Positions 19,615 through 28,992 of a stretch of DNA of 64,000 bases are shown here, one piece after another (the stretch's first letter is position 1; each line of letters opens with the position of its first letter). Below the pieces are notes generated by a model. It did not search any database, had not been told where the DNA came from, and was given only the letters and a program-made list of their open reading frames with translations. Origin of the DNA: an uncultured Acidimicrobiales bacterium (GTDB taxonomy: Bacteria > Actinomycetota > Acidimicrobiia > Acidimicrobiales > SHLQ01). The position numbers and the translations under genes were made by a program. The stretch is taken from assembly GCA_937922235.1 (NCBI GenBank), contig CAKZVC010000033.1, positions 7,274-71,273 on the forward strand. Direction: 5' to 3'.

Positions 19615-20633
19615 CCTCGCAATCGAGCGCCATCAGTAGTGAGGTGGTCAAGCGGCTTCATCTCAATCTGTTGATCCAGGGTGCAGCCGTCGACACGTCG
19701 ACCTCGCTCGATCCCGACCCCGATCTGCGCGCAGAGAACGGCATGGATCTCAATCCGTTGAGCCAACGCGTCGGCATCGGCATGCAACTCAGCCAGATGG
19801 AGGCGCGATCGTTCCTGCTCTCGGGTCGCACAGGCGGCAAGCCCAAACACTTCTGGAACGCAATCGACAAGCCTTCGCATCCATTCCACAACAGCCGATT
19901 GCTCCGCGACCATGCCCGTGAGCTCGCCGATCAGACATACGAAACAACACGAGCCCAAGCGATCACGGTCGGCATTGCGCAAAAGTGGGACAAAACCCAC
20001 GATCGTCAGCTACTGGCGAACATCAAAGAGCTTCATGTCTACGAGTCGACCCGACGCAACGAGCTTGCTCAGCTAGCAAACAACCTTGCGTCGGCCCAAT
20101 GGGGTATCCCGTTGGCCCAGCTTCGCGGCGAGTTGCGATCGGACAACTCGCCCGGCCTGATGTTTAGTGGGCAGAAACGACCAACACAGTGGCGAGAGGC
20201 CCTGCTGTCGATGTGCTCGGCCGGCTGGTGCCGAGTGGTCTTCGATACGACGCCTCGAGTCGAGGCACGAGCCATCGTCTTCCCATTGCTTCGCCACGAA
20301 CTCGCGAAGGGCATCGCCGAACTCGCAACCTCGCACGGGCTCGCCAGCCTCGACGACGAGACGTATGCGGCGGTTGTAGAGGCGACCGATCTCATTTATC
20401 TCGAGCGCCCGGGCATGCAGGTCGGCCCCAGCTTGTTCCAGCGATGGACCGCGACGTTGCCGCCGTCGATCTCCGTGGCGACCGGACTCACGCATCTCTC
20501 CTTAGCCGAGCCCGACATCGTCGAAACCGCACTCATCGCCGTCATCGAAGACCCGTTAGCTGCGACCGAAATCATGCGCCACCTGTGCTCGGCTTCCATT
20601 ATCGACCTTGGCGAGGAAGCTCCCGAGAGCTAG
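19611..20633 (+). CDS. uncharacterised protein with ARAIVFPLLRHELAKG motif
   Basis: 340-aa ORF; KRLHLNLLIQGAA and HELAKGIAE motifs; function unknown. Confidence 0.75.
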   Translation: MTSQSSAISSEVVKRLHLNLLIQGAAVDTSTSLDPDPDLRAENGMDLNPLSQRVGIGMQLSQMEARSFLLSGRTGGKPKHFWNAIDKPSHPFHNSRLLRDHARELADQTYETTRAQAITVGIAQKWDKTHDRQLLANIKELHVYESTRRNELAQLANNLASAQWGIPLAQLRGELRSDNSPGLMFSGQKRPTQWREALLSMCSAGWCRVVFDTTPRVEARAIVFPLLRHELAKGIAELATSHGLASLDDETYAAVVEATDLIYLERPGMQVGPSLFQRWTATLPPSISVATGLTHLSLAEPDIVETALIAVIEDPLAATEIMRHLCSASIIDLGEEAPES

Positions 20634-20653
20634 AGCACTTCTCGCAGCGCGGG

Positions 20654-21283
20654 CTATGGCCGGACAACCAGCACCGTGCCAGTCACGAGCGACACCGACG
20701 CGGGCTCTCCGAGCAGCTCGTTGCTGATTCCGCGGGTGGTTCCCGCTGGCAGAGTCTCGCCTTCGAGCGGCCACCGAAGCCCGGTGGTCTGGACGCCGTG
20801 TGCGTCGCCGCCCGTAGGAACGATCGACACGATGTCGCCGGCATCTCCCTCGAGAGCAAGAGTTTGCCCGCCGTGGAGCACCGTTGCTCGTCCGCTGGCG
20901 GTGCGAATTTCGACCTCGGCAGTCATGCGCCGACTGAGCGCAGCCCAGTTCCCGAGTTCGTGGTCAAGCCGGCCACCTTCGACCCCGAGCGCAACGATGC
21001 GGTCGACGCCTGCATCTGCTGCGTGCGCAAGGGCGAGCTCGAGATCGGTCTCATCTTTGTCGCTTGCGAATTCGATGATCTCCGCTCCCTCCGCGACGGC
21101 CCAAGCGTGATCGCCCTCGGTCGCTGAATCGAGGTCACCAATCAACACATGCAGAGGTAATCCGTGGCTGCGAGCAATGCGAACCCCACCATCGGCAGCG
21201 ATAACCAAGTCGGCCTCGCCCACTCCTTCGAGCAGGCTCTTATCGGGGACATCTCCCCCTATGAGTACGACGGCAACGCGCAT
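20654..21283 (-). CDS. thiN: thiamine diphosphokinase
   Basis: IAADGG, GDLDS, KDETDLELAL, GGRLDH, GLRWPL, GISNE. Confidence 0.93.
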   Translation of the reverse strand: MRVAVVLIGGDVPDKSLLEGVGEADLVIAADGGVRIARSHGLPLHVLIGDLDSATEGDHAWAVAEGAEIIEFASDKDETDLELALAHAADAGVDRIVALGVEGGRLDHELGNWAALSRRMTAEVEIRTASGRATVLHGGQTLALEGDAGDIVSIVPTGGDAHGVQTTGLRWPLEGETLPAGTTRGISNELLGEPASVSLVTGTVLVVRP

Positions 21284-21306
21284 ACGCCGAGGTTAGGCGA
21301 GGACCA

Positions 21307-22005
21307 CTATCGAGGTAGGTACTCGATCGGGACCGCCAGGGTTGCGCCGCTTTGCACTTCGATGCCAACAACGATGGCGATAACTTCGCCAATCGCGTTT
21401 ACTACGGGCCCGCCCGACCATCCTGAGTCAACTGTGGCGCTGATGACGTACACATCTGGTCGACCAATGCCGTAGTAGCTGCCCGACGTCCGGTCGATGA
21501 TCTCTCCGGTCGTCACTTCGATTCGCCCATTTGCGGGGACCCCGCCAATGGCAACCGTCTCGCCGAGCTCCGCCGGTGCTGTCGCAGGCAGAAGCGAGCT
21601 GGATAGCACCGTGCCACGCAAGACAGCAAGATCATGCTGACGCGAGATGTCCCGGTCGACAACGGCGATGTCGTCTTCGCCAACCTTGGCTTCGCGTGCG
21701 TTGATCAGCGCGTGGGCGACGGTGGCAATTCGCCCATCGGCAAGTTGAAACGCAGTGCCCCGTTCGATGAGTCCATCAGAGGACACAGCAAGCGGGGCCA
21801 CCGCTGCTGTGTCGAGTGAATTGGCACCGGCAGCCACGACCACTGCCGGTGCCAACTCGACCGGCAAAGCCGGATCCGACGATGGGGTCTCGTCGGCAGA
21901 GGCTACGCCGATCATCACTACGAGAAGAAAGCCAAATGCCATACCAACCAGCATTTGCATCTTCAGACGCTGTGATGCGCCTAAGTGATGACGCATAACC
22001 TCCAC
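21307..22005 (-). CDS. secreted or membrane trypsin-like serine protease
   Basis: TVAHAL (His), HDLAVL (Asp), GWSGGPV (Ser); N-terminal hydrophobic segment. Confidence 0.8.
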   Translation of the reverse strand: MEVMRHHLGASQRLKMQMLVGMAFGFLLVVMIGVASADETPSSDPALPVELAPAVVVAAGANSLDTAAVAPLAVSSDGLIERGTAFQLADGRIATVAHALINAREAKVGEDDIAVVDRDISRQHDLAVLRGTVLSSSLLPATAPAELGETVAIGGVPANGRIEVTTGEIIDRTSGSYYGIGRPDVYVISATVDSGWSGGPVVNAIGEVIAIVVGIEVQSGATLAVPIEYLPR

Positions 22006-22151
22006 ACGTCAAGAAGTACCAGTGTCCTGGCCATCACTTCATGGGCAATACGGCCCCGGATAGCCAATTTTGGTGCGCTCCGCCCGTATCCGTCGATCAA
22101 CGCTTGCGGCGCCACGCAGTGAGCGAGGTGCCTACTTTGGCGTCGAGATCT

Positions 22152-22313
22152 TTACTGGAAGTCGAGGTGAAGGTGATCGTCCTCGCGAAGTGCGAGCGCA
22201 GTACGTAGCGAATAGCCAGGACCGCCACAAACCCAACAACCGGGGTCGTCGTCGGCCGTCCAGGCAACCTCGCACGGCAAGCACCGAAAACGAACGCGCT
22301 GCTGGTTGAGCAT
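22152..22313 (-). CDS. small zinc-finger-like protein
   Basis: CLPCEVAW...CWVCG, two CxxC pairs in 53 aa. Confidence 0.55.
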   Translation of the reverse strand: MLNQQRVRFRCLPCEVAWTADDDPGCWVCGGPGYSLRTALALREDDHLHLDFQ

Positions 22314-22419
22314 GGGGATCGAACTTGTGGACGCTGGCGCCATACAAGCCAATCGGCATTGCGACATTCGAAATAAGCGCCGCTCGTTTCGAAAGACGAT
22401 CCCGTTGCCTGCTGCTGCG

Positions 22420-23121
22420 TTACGGAACGGTGTTGCTGCTTCCCGGAATCATCCGGGCCCAACACAAGAAGAAGTCGGTGTTCGGGTCGAGCAAGCTCTG
22501 GGTGTTCTCGGGGCAATTGCCACGCTCGGGCCCGATCTCGACAACCTTGCCATCGGACGTACCCGATGCGCACGAGCGCTCACGTGGCACGTTCCCGACA
22601 AGGGCAAAGCAGTCGCCAACGTCGAGTTGAGCTGATGGCGGCACTCTCGGAGCGTTGTCGCGATCGCCACCGGCAAAGGCCGTCACGATCAAAATGCCGA
22701 GGAGTAATCCGAGCACCAGCAGTACTGGCATGGACGCCCAGACGCTGATCGAGCCGTCGCCCGATTCCTCATCGATTGTGCGGCTCGCTGCTTGGCGGGG
22801 AGTTTTTGCAGCAGGCCGTTTCGCCGCAGGCCGAGCTGGTTGGGCCGTAGCGGCACGAGGCGTGTTCGTGCGGGCGGGTGTCGCCGTTGCACGCCGCGGC
22901 TTGAGGCCATTGTCGTACTCACTCTTCTTCTTTGGATCGGAGAGTACGTTCCATGCAACGTTGACCTGCTGCATTGCCTTCTCGGCTCGACGCGCGTCGG
23001 TTGGAGACCGTCCCTGCTGCCGGTCGGGGTGCAATGCCCTGGCGCGGCGGAGATACGCCTTGCGTATCTCTTGGGTCGTAGATCCCTGCTTGACGCCGAG
23101 GGTGTCGTAATGGGTTCCCAT
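22420..23121 (-). CDS. membrane-anchored J-domain protein with C-terminal Cys-containing extracytoplasmic domain
   Basis: HYDTLGV, LHPDR J-domain, one TM helix, VGDC...C...CP...C. Confidence 0.85.
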   Translation of the reverse strand: MGTHYDTLGVKQGSTTQEIRKAYLRRARALHPDRQQGRSPTDARRAEKAMQQVNVAWNVLSDPKKKSEYDNGLKPRRATATPARTNTPRAATAQPARPAAKRPAAKTPRQAASRTIDEESGDGSISVWASMPVLLVLGLLLGILIVTAFAGGDRDNAPRVPPSAQLDVGDCFALVGNVPRERSCASGTSDGKVVEIGPERGNCPENTQSLLDPNTDFFLCWARMIPGSSNTVP

Positions 23122-23204
23122 TGCAGAATAAACGTTAACCGTTCGCTACCAGTAGGCCAGTATCAGACCACCCCTGCAAGTTAGCGAAGACCTACGATCG
23201 ATGC

Positions 23205-23516
23205 ATGGCGCTGATTTCGTGCACCAACTGCGGTGAGGATGAGAACCTCGACGGAGAACGTGATGGCGAGACCATCACAATCACGTGCGCCGAATGCGGT
23301 TTGGTGTGGGATCGCGATCTGACACCGAGCTGCTCGACGTGCGGATCGACCGATGTCCGGCCTGCATTTCAGGCGATTGTCGATAAGAGCCGAGGCACCC
23401 AGCTATCGATTCAGTCGATGCGGCTGCGATATCTGTGCCCCGATTGCGAGCCCGACCTCCTTGCTGACTACCTCGCCAGCAAGTCGCCGCTCCCACCCGA
23501 CGAACTCCCCTTCTAG
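23205..23516 (+). CDS. zinc-ribbon hypothetical protein
   Basis: Four CxxC pairs in 103 aa. Confidence 0.75.
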   Translation: MALISCTNCGEDENLDGERDGETITITCAECGLVWDRDLTPSCSTCGSTDVRPAFQAIVDKSRGTQLSIQSMRLRYLCPDCEPDLLADYLASKSPLPPDELPF

Positions 23517-23525
23517 AACAGCTCC

Positions 23526-23538
23526 GGGGTCTGACCCC
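23526..23538. repeat. GGGGTCTGACCCC palindrome (REP-like, family B)
   Basis: Same core as the 34-bp tandem repeat at 31271; between convergent genes. Confidence 0.6.
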
Positions 23539-23554
23539 AAACTTTGTTGGAGGA

Positions 23555-24859
23555 CTACCTGGCGAGGAGCTGTTCGGCGACTTTTTCGAGGCCGGCCGAT
23601 CGGGAACCCTTGATGAGCACGGCGGTGGATGGGTCGAGTTCGGTGAGCATCGATGCCGGGTCGTCGACGGGATCACTGCCGTACAGGTTGGTGCCCACAG
23701 CGATCATCTCGATGCCAGCGGCCTCGATCTCAGAGGCGATCTGACGGTGATCGTCACCTTCGGACGGGCCGAGCTCGCCCATGTACCCCACCACGGCAAC
23801 CTTGCGCTCGTGCGACAACGCGGCGAGCGATTCGAGCGCTCCTCGCATCGAGGTCGGGTTGGCGTTGTAGCTGTCGTTGATGATGAGCGCACCCGATGCG
23901 GTGTGGCCAATCTCCATGCGCCACGGAGAGATGACCGCGTTCGTGAGGCCTGCCTCGACCTGTTCGATCGTGGCTCCAAGCCACAGTGCCGTTCCGGCTG
24001 CGGCTGCAACGTTTGTGGCCATATGGGCACCGCGTGTCGACGGGGTGGCCGTGACACTTCCCCATTCGGTGTCGAGTACAAACGTGGCTCGGAGCTCGTC
24101 GTCGAGCGACACCGAACGGACGTGCACGTTGCAGCCCGAGGAGGCTCCGAAGGTCAGCACGGCGGCGCTGGTTCGGTCGGCCATCGGGGTCACGTACGGG
24201 TTGTCGCCGTTGAGAACGGCTAGACCGCTCGACGGCAACGCCTCGACGAGTTCGCCCTTCGCGATTGCGATGTTGTCGACCGACCCGAATTCGCCGGTGT
24301 GCGCTGCGGCAACGGTAGTGATGATTCCGATGGTCGGCGAGGCGATGCTGCAGAGCTCGGCAACGTGCCCGATACCTCGTGACCCCATCTCGATGATCGC
24401 CGCGTGGGCATCGTCGGGCGTGTTGAGAAGCGTGAGCGGCACCCCAATCTCGTTGTTGAACGACCGGGTGGATGCGTGGGTGTGCATTGCCTGACCCATC
24501 GCCCCGGCGAGTAGATCTTTGGTCGACGTCTTTCCCACCGAACCGGTGATGCCGATGACCGGGCCGGGAATGCGTGCCCGAGCAGCACGGGCGAGGTCGC
24601 GCAGAGCCGCCGTTGTGTCGGCCACCTCAACACCAACTCCCGACGTTGGCGGTTTGTGCGTGAGGTAGGCCGAAGCTCCTTCGGCCACTGCGGCGTCGAT
24701 GAAGTCGTGGCCGTCGCGCTCGGCGACGAGCGGCACGAAGAGTTGACCGGCGGTAATCGCTCGACTGTCTTGAGTCGCCCCATCGATTTCGACGTCGGCG
24801 TGCTCGTCGGCGACTGTTCCGTTCGTTGCGGCGGCTATGTCAGCAGTAGTGAACTTCAC
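23555..24859 (-). CDS. murF: UDP-N-acetylmuramoyl-tripeptide--D-Ala-D-Ala ligase
   Basis: ITGSVGKTSTK, SFNNEIGVP, NDSYNANP, IKGSR. Confidence 0.95.
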   Translation of the reverse strand: MKFTTADIAAATNGTVADEHADVEIDGATQDSRAITAGQLFVPLVAERDGHDFIDAAVAEGASAYLTHKPPTSGVGVEVADTTAALRDLARAARARIPGPVIGITGSVGKTSTKDLLAGAMGQAMHTHASTRSFNNEIGVPLTLLNTPDDAHAAIIEMGSRGIGHVAELCSIASPTIGIITTVAAAHTGEFGSVDNIAIAKGELVEALPSSGLAVLNGDNPYVTPMADRTSAAVLTFGASSGCNVHVRSVSLDDELRATFVLDTEWGSVTATPSTRGAHMATNVAAAAGTALWLGATIEQVEAGLTNAVISPWRMEIGHTASGALIINDSYNANPTSMRGALESLAALSHERKVAVVGYMGELGPSEGDDHRQIASEIEAAGIEMIAVGTNLYGSDPVDDPASMLTELDPSTAVLIKGSRSAGLEKVAEQLLAR

Positions 24860-24953
24860 GGCCTGGACGTTAGCCGTCGACCAGGCTCAGGTGACGCTCC
24901 GTCCGCCCCGGCCACTTCCCCTAGACGCGAACGATTTCGCTAGGGTGAGGCTC

Positions 24954-26003
24954 GTGACGAACTCCAGCGCCCTCCCCCGTCTCGTTGTTCTCTTTGGAGG
25001 CCAGTCAGCCGAACACGACGTGTCATGTGTGACGGCCAAGCATGTGCTCGCCGCGGCCCGAAGCGATCGTTTCGAAATCATGCCGGTCGGCATTAGCCGC
25101 GACGGCCAATGGTCGCTGGTGGCGCCGAGTTCCGATGCCGACGCCCTCGACCCCACCGGCGAGCCGGTCGACCCCTTCTCGCTGCTCCGTGAAACCGCTG
25201 ATTCTGGCGGTGCAGTGTTGCCGCTGTTGCATGGCCCGATGGGCGAGGATGGCACGATCCAGGGCATGTGCGAGCTCGCGGGTGTTCCCTACGCCGGTTC
25301 AGGGGTGCTCGGCAGCGCTCTCGCCATGGACAAAATCGCGGCCAAGAACGCGCTGGCTGCCGCTGGCGTTCCTCAGGCTGCGTGGTTCGGGTTCAACCGT
25401 GACGAAATCACCGATGCGACCGCCGGAAACCTGCTGCGAGAGCTCGGCAGTCCTGTCTTCGTGAAGCCCGCAAACATGGGGTCTTCTGTTGGCGTCAGCC
25501 GAGCCGAAACCGTCGAAGAAGTAGCCGCTGCTCTCGAACTTGCTGCGTCGTACGACGAATGGCTGGTCGTCGAAGAGGCAATCGAAGGTCGAGAGATCGA
25601 GATCAGCGTGCTTGGCAACCGATCGCCACGCACGTCACTGCCCGGCGAGATCGTTGCGGGCGCCGATTTTTACACCTACGAGGACAAGTACCACGACGGT
25701 GTGGCCAAGCTTCTGATCCCAGCGCCACTCGACGATTCTGAGATCGCCGACATGCAAGCGATGGCTATCGCCGCCTACCGGGCCCTCCGGGTGGAAGGTC
25801 TCGCCCGCGCTGACTTCTTCTACGAAGCCGCCGGCCGTGGATGGCTCGTAAACGAGCTGAACACCATGCCCGGGTTTACGCCGATCTCGATGTACCCGAA
25901 GATGTGGCAGGCATCAGGCCTCGACTACCCAGACCTGATCGACGAGCTCGTGTCGCTCGCCTACGACAAACACCAACGCCGCCAGACAAACACCCGACGC
26001 TGA
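24954..26003 (+). CDS. ddl: D-alanine--D-alanine ligase
   Basis: FGGQSAEHDVS, LHGPMGEDG, VKPANMGSSVG, NELNTMPGFT; start estimated. Confidence 0.95.
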   Translation: MTNSSALPRLVVLFGGQSAEHDVSCVTAKHVLAAARSDRFEIMPVGISRDGQWSLVAPSSDADALDPTGEPVDPFSLLRETADSGGAVLPLLHGPMGEDGTIQGMCELAGVPYAGSGVLGSALAMDKIAAKNALAAAGVPQAAWFGFNRDEITDATAGNLLRELGSPVFVKPANMGSSVGVSRAETVEEVAAALELAASYDEWLVVEEAIEGREIEISVLGNRSPRTSLPGEIVAGADFYTYEDKYHDGVAKLLIPAPLDDSEIADMQAMAIAAYRALRVEGLARADFFYEAAGRGWLVNELNTMPGFTPISMYPKMWQASGLDYPDLIDELVSLAYDKHQRRQTNTRR

Positions 26004-26049
26004 TTCCAGACGACGGGACGCCACTCCGGGTATTCACTTTGCCTATTCG

Positions 26050-26592
26050 CTAGGAGTCCCAGCGCCAGGCGCCGATTGGGGACTTCCCGTCGTAGTGCTG
26101 TTCGTACGGCATAATCGACCAGCCCATTTCAAGCTGCGGATGTACTGGACGCCCCGGCTTGCTGTCGAAAAGGGGTGCACCCGGATCGACAGCCCAGACT
26201 GCGCCATCGGCAGGCCCGCCGCACACGACACCGAGATCCGCGTAGCCAGCAGCAATGAACGCCAGGTCGTCGAGTGTGCAGGGAGCGGTCGTTGTGTACT
26301 TGATCTCTAGCTCGTCCCACTCGTTCAGGCCTCTAACGGCTCTTTGAGGCCGTACTGCAAAGAGATCCTTGAGGGGCCAAAGGCTGATGCCAGGGAGCAA
26401 GTTCGCTCGTTGTTCGACGAAGAGGCCATCACTGAACTCGAGCAATTCCTTGAACTCACCAGTGATATCGAGCTGGAGGTGCTCCTCGTACCTCGATATG
26501 TCCGCTGGTGTAGCGCCGACAGGTTTTGCGGATACGCCGTACTGCTCTTCGAGTAGAGAAACCCACGGCAGCAGGGCATCTAGCAGAGTCAT
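26050..26592 (-). CDS. SMI1/KNR4-like (SUKH) protein
   Basis: GATPADISRYEEHLQLDITGEFKELLEFSDG signature; real start probably ATG 26592. Confidence 0.6.
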   Translation of the reverse strand: MTLLDALLPWVSLLEEQYGVSAKPVGATPADISRYEEHLQLDITGEFKELLEFSDGLFVEQRANLLPGISLWPLKDLFAVRPQRAVRGLNEWDELEIKYTTTAPCTLDDLAFIAAGYADLGVVCGGPADGAVWAVDPGAPLFDSKPGRPVHPQLEMGWSIMPYEQHYDGKSPIGAWRWDS

Positions 26593-26686
26593 GAAGCGCA
26601 GGTTAGAACGCGGGACGTGCTCCGCATGGGCGAAGTCTGTCTGGCGCGCACGCGCTCCCCTGAAGCGTTCGTGCCGGCTGCGCCGC

Positions 26687-28969
26687 TTACCAGCCGCCTG
26701 AGGAGCCTCCTCCGAAGCCGCCGCCTCCGCCGCCCCAGCCACCGGTGCTGCCGCCGCCGAAGCCGCCACCAAATCCACCGCCGAAGCCTCCTCCGCCACC
26801 GCCGCCACCCCAGCCACCACCGCGATGCGAGCGTCCGCCGCCGTGGCCGCGGAACCCGCCACCGCCGATGATGATGCCGCCGCCAAAGCCACCACCAAAG
26901 CCGCCGCGTCCATTGTGACGCTGACGTCGTTGAGCTTCTCGGTAGAGCTCGTCGGCGGTGATCTCGATCTGTTGGGCGTCCTTGGTCGCGCGGACGGGGT
27001 CGGTGTCGGCCAGGGCCTCAATGCCGCGGAGCTTCCCGCGAAGATTGTCGATGTCCGCCTGAGCCTGCTTGGCACGCCGTGACGAGAACATATGGCTTTG
27101 CACATGCCGGTCGGCCCGATCAACCGCGACCGATGCAGATCGGATCTCGCTGAGGGCCTGGTTTCGAAGCCGCTGCCGCTCGCCCACCGTTGCCTCGAAT
27201 TCCTCGAGCTCGGTATTCACGATCGATTCGACCTGCCCGGCAATTTCCATTGCCTGGAGATACGCCGGCGGATTGATGCGCAGCGCTCCTTCTGCGGCTT
27301 CTTGCATACGGGCAACGTGCTGGGCGACTTCGGGTGCACGAGACGGAACGTCGTGGCGATGCTCGTTGACGTAGTTGATCAGCAAGCGCGCGTCGTCTGC
27401 CGAGGCTGCCACCGCGGACGGTGCCCCTTCCTTCGCCGCGGCCAGAAGCACATCGAGTTCGTCGAGCTCGTCGAGGAGTTCGTCGGCGAGATCGACTGCG
27501 TTCTGGGCTTTGTCGAGCTCGGCGTTCACCATTCGCATGATGGACAGATCGCGTGGAATCTCGCCGAACGACTCCGATGCGAGCGTGCTTTGTTCGGCAC
27601 GGTCGAGCTGACGGTCTGCCTCGTCGGGATGCCCAAGCACGTTCTCAAACGACTCGGTTGCGTGCTCGCTCGACCATCCGTGCATGAGCGAACGGAGCTG
27701 CATCACGCGGCCGCGTTGGCCCGAGACCTCGGGGCTCATGTTCGTTCGGCGTACCGAGGTCTCGGCGTGCCGTTGTTCGAGCGATTCGAGGTCGCCGGCG
27801 ACCGACGCAACTTCCTCGGCGATCGGCTCGAGGTCGCCCTCCATCAGGTCGACGTCGATGCGCATCGCCAACGGATCAAGCAGATCAAGCGCCGCGGCGA
27901 GCTCGGCGAGGCGGCTACGACCAGACCCAACTTCCCACCCCTCGGCCTCACGAGCGTCCGCGGCGTTCATGCCAGAGGAAATTCGGTCGCTGGTCTCACG
28001 ATGTTTAGCGGCGAGCTCGTCAGGCTTACCCCGGAGCTCGTCGATCACGCCTTCGAGCGCGGTCACGTTCGTCTCGGCATCCTCTACGACAGCGAGAGCA
28101 TCGGCGACGTGGCCTTCAACCTCGGTCTGATCCTCGATGCTGTATCCGGCCACGTCATCGCGGGTGACTTCGCTAACCGGCGACCAAGCCTCATACAGGG
28201 TTCGTGACGATTCGGCGGCAGCAAGCTGGGCGGCGTTCAATCGCGCCATGGCGTTGCCTGTGATTCGACCGCCAGCAATCGTTGCTTCCTGCTCGGCGTC
28301 ATACCAGCGAGCTTGCACGTCGGTCACGCGTTTGGCGTTTGCCTCAAAGCGTTCGGCTGCTACTTCACCACGGGAGCTGCGGGTTCGATTCTTCGTGTAG
28401 ATCCAGGCCCCACCGCCTACGAGCGCAGCAGTTCCGAGGATGCCGCCCCCAACGGGAACGGTGTAGTCGGGTGGTGTCGTGCTCAGCCCCTCGACGGTGC
28501 CACCAACTCCACTCGACAGACCAGCGCTGATTTCGCCGTTTGCGAAGAACACGTTCATTCGGCCGACGATGTCGTTCGAGTCGTCATCCAATCGCTCGTC
28601 GAGATCGTCTCCGTAGGCAACCACGGTGTGCCGGTCGCCGGTCGATACGGCAAGCAGAACCGTGTTATCCGCAACGTTGCCGGGCGAGTTGAAGATGGCC
28701 GGGCACGCAGCGCGGACCTGGCCGGCAAGGCGAGCATCGATGCTGCCATTGCCGCTAATGACCTGATCGGTGGCGTACACCGCGAAGTCGACGCCGGTCT
28801 CCTCCTCGGCCGACTGAATTGCGGCTCGCAAGCCTGATTCGTCGCTAAGACCGCCGAGCTCATCGGTGAGGTCACAGGCGTCGGCCTGCGCTCCGACCGT
28901 CGGCGCTGTGGTGAGCAGCGCCACCACGAGTGCGGCTAGGGCGAGAATGATCGAACGGGTTCGTGCCAT
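26687..28969 (-). CDS. TPM-domain membrane protein with long coiled coil and Gly-rich tail
   Basis: Signal peptide, VLLAVSTGDR TPM-like domain, TM helix, helical repeats, GGFGGGSSGGW end. Confidence 0.8.
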   Translation of the reverse strand: MARTRSIILALAALVVALLTTAPTVGAQADACDLTDELGGLSDESGLRAAIQSAEEETGVDFAVYATDQVISGNGSIDARLAGQVRAACPAIFNSPGNVADNTVLLAVSTGDRHTVVAYGDDLDERLDDDSNDIVGRMNVFFANGEISAGLSSGVGGTVEGLSTTPPDYTVPVGGGILGTAALVGGGAWIYTKNRTRSSRGEVAAERFEANAKRVTDVQARWYDAEQEATIAGGRITGNAMARLNAAQLAAAESSRTLYEAWSPVSEVTRDDVAGYSIEDQTEVEGHVADALAVVEDAETNVTALEGVIDELRGKPDELAAKHRETSDRISSGMNAADAREAEGWEVGSGRSRLAELAAALDLLDPLAMRIDVDLMEGDLEPIAEEVASVAGDLESLEQRHAETSVRRTNMSPEVSGQRGRVMQLRSLMHGWSSEHATESFENVLGHPDEADRQLDRAEQSTLASESFGEIPRDLSIMRMVNAELDKAQNAVDLADELLDELDELDVLLAAAKEGAPSAVAASADDARLLINYVNEHRHDVPSRAPEVAQHVARMQEAAEGALRINPPAYLQAMEIAGQVESIVNTELEEFEATVGERQRLRNQALSEIRSASVAVDRADRHVQSHMFSSRRAKQAQADIDNLRGKLRGIEALADTDPVRATKDAQQIEITADELYREAQRRQRHNGRGGFGGGFGGGIIIGGGGFRGHGGGRSHRGGGWGGGGGGGGFGGGFGGGFGGGSTGGWGGGGGGFGGGSSGGW

Positions 28970-28992
28970 GCATCGACCCTAGCGATTCGGGC

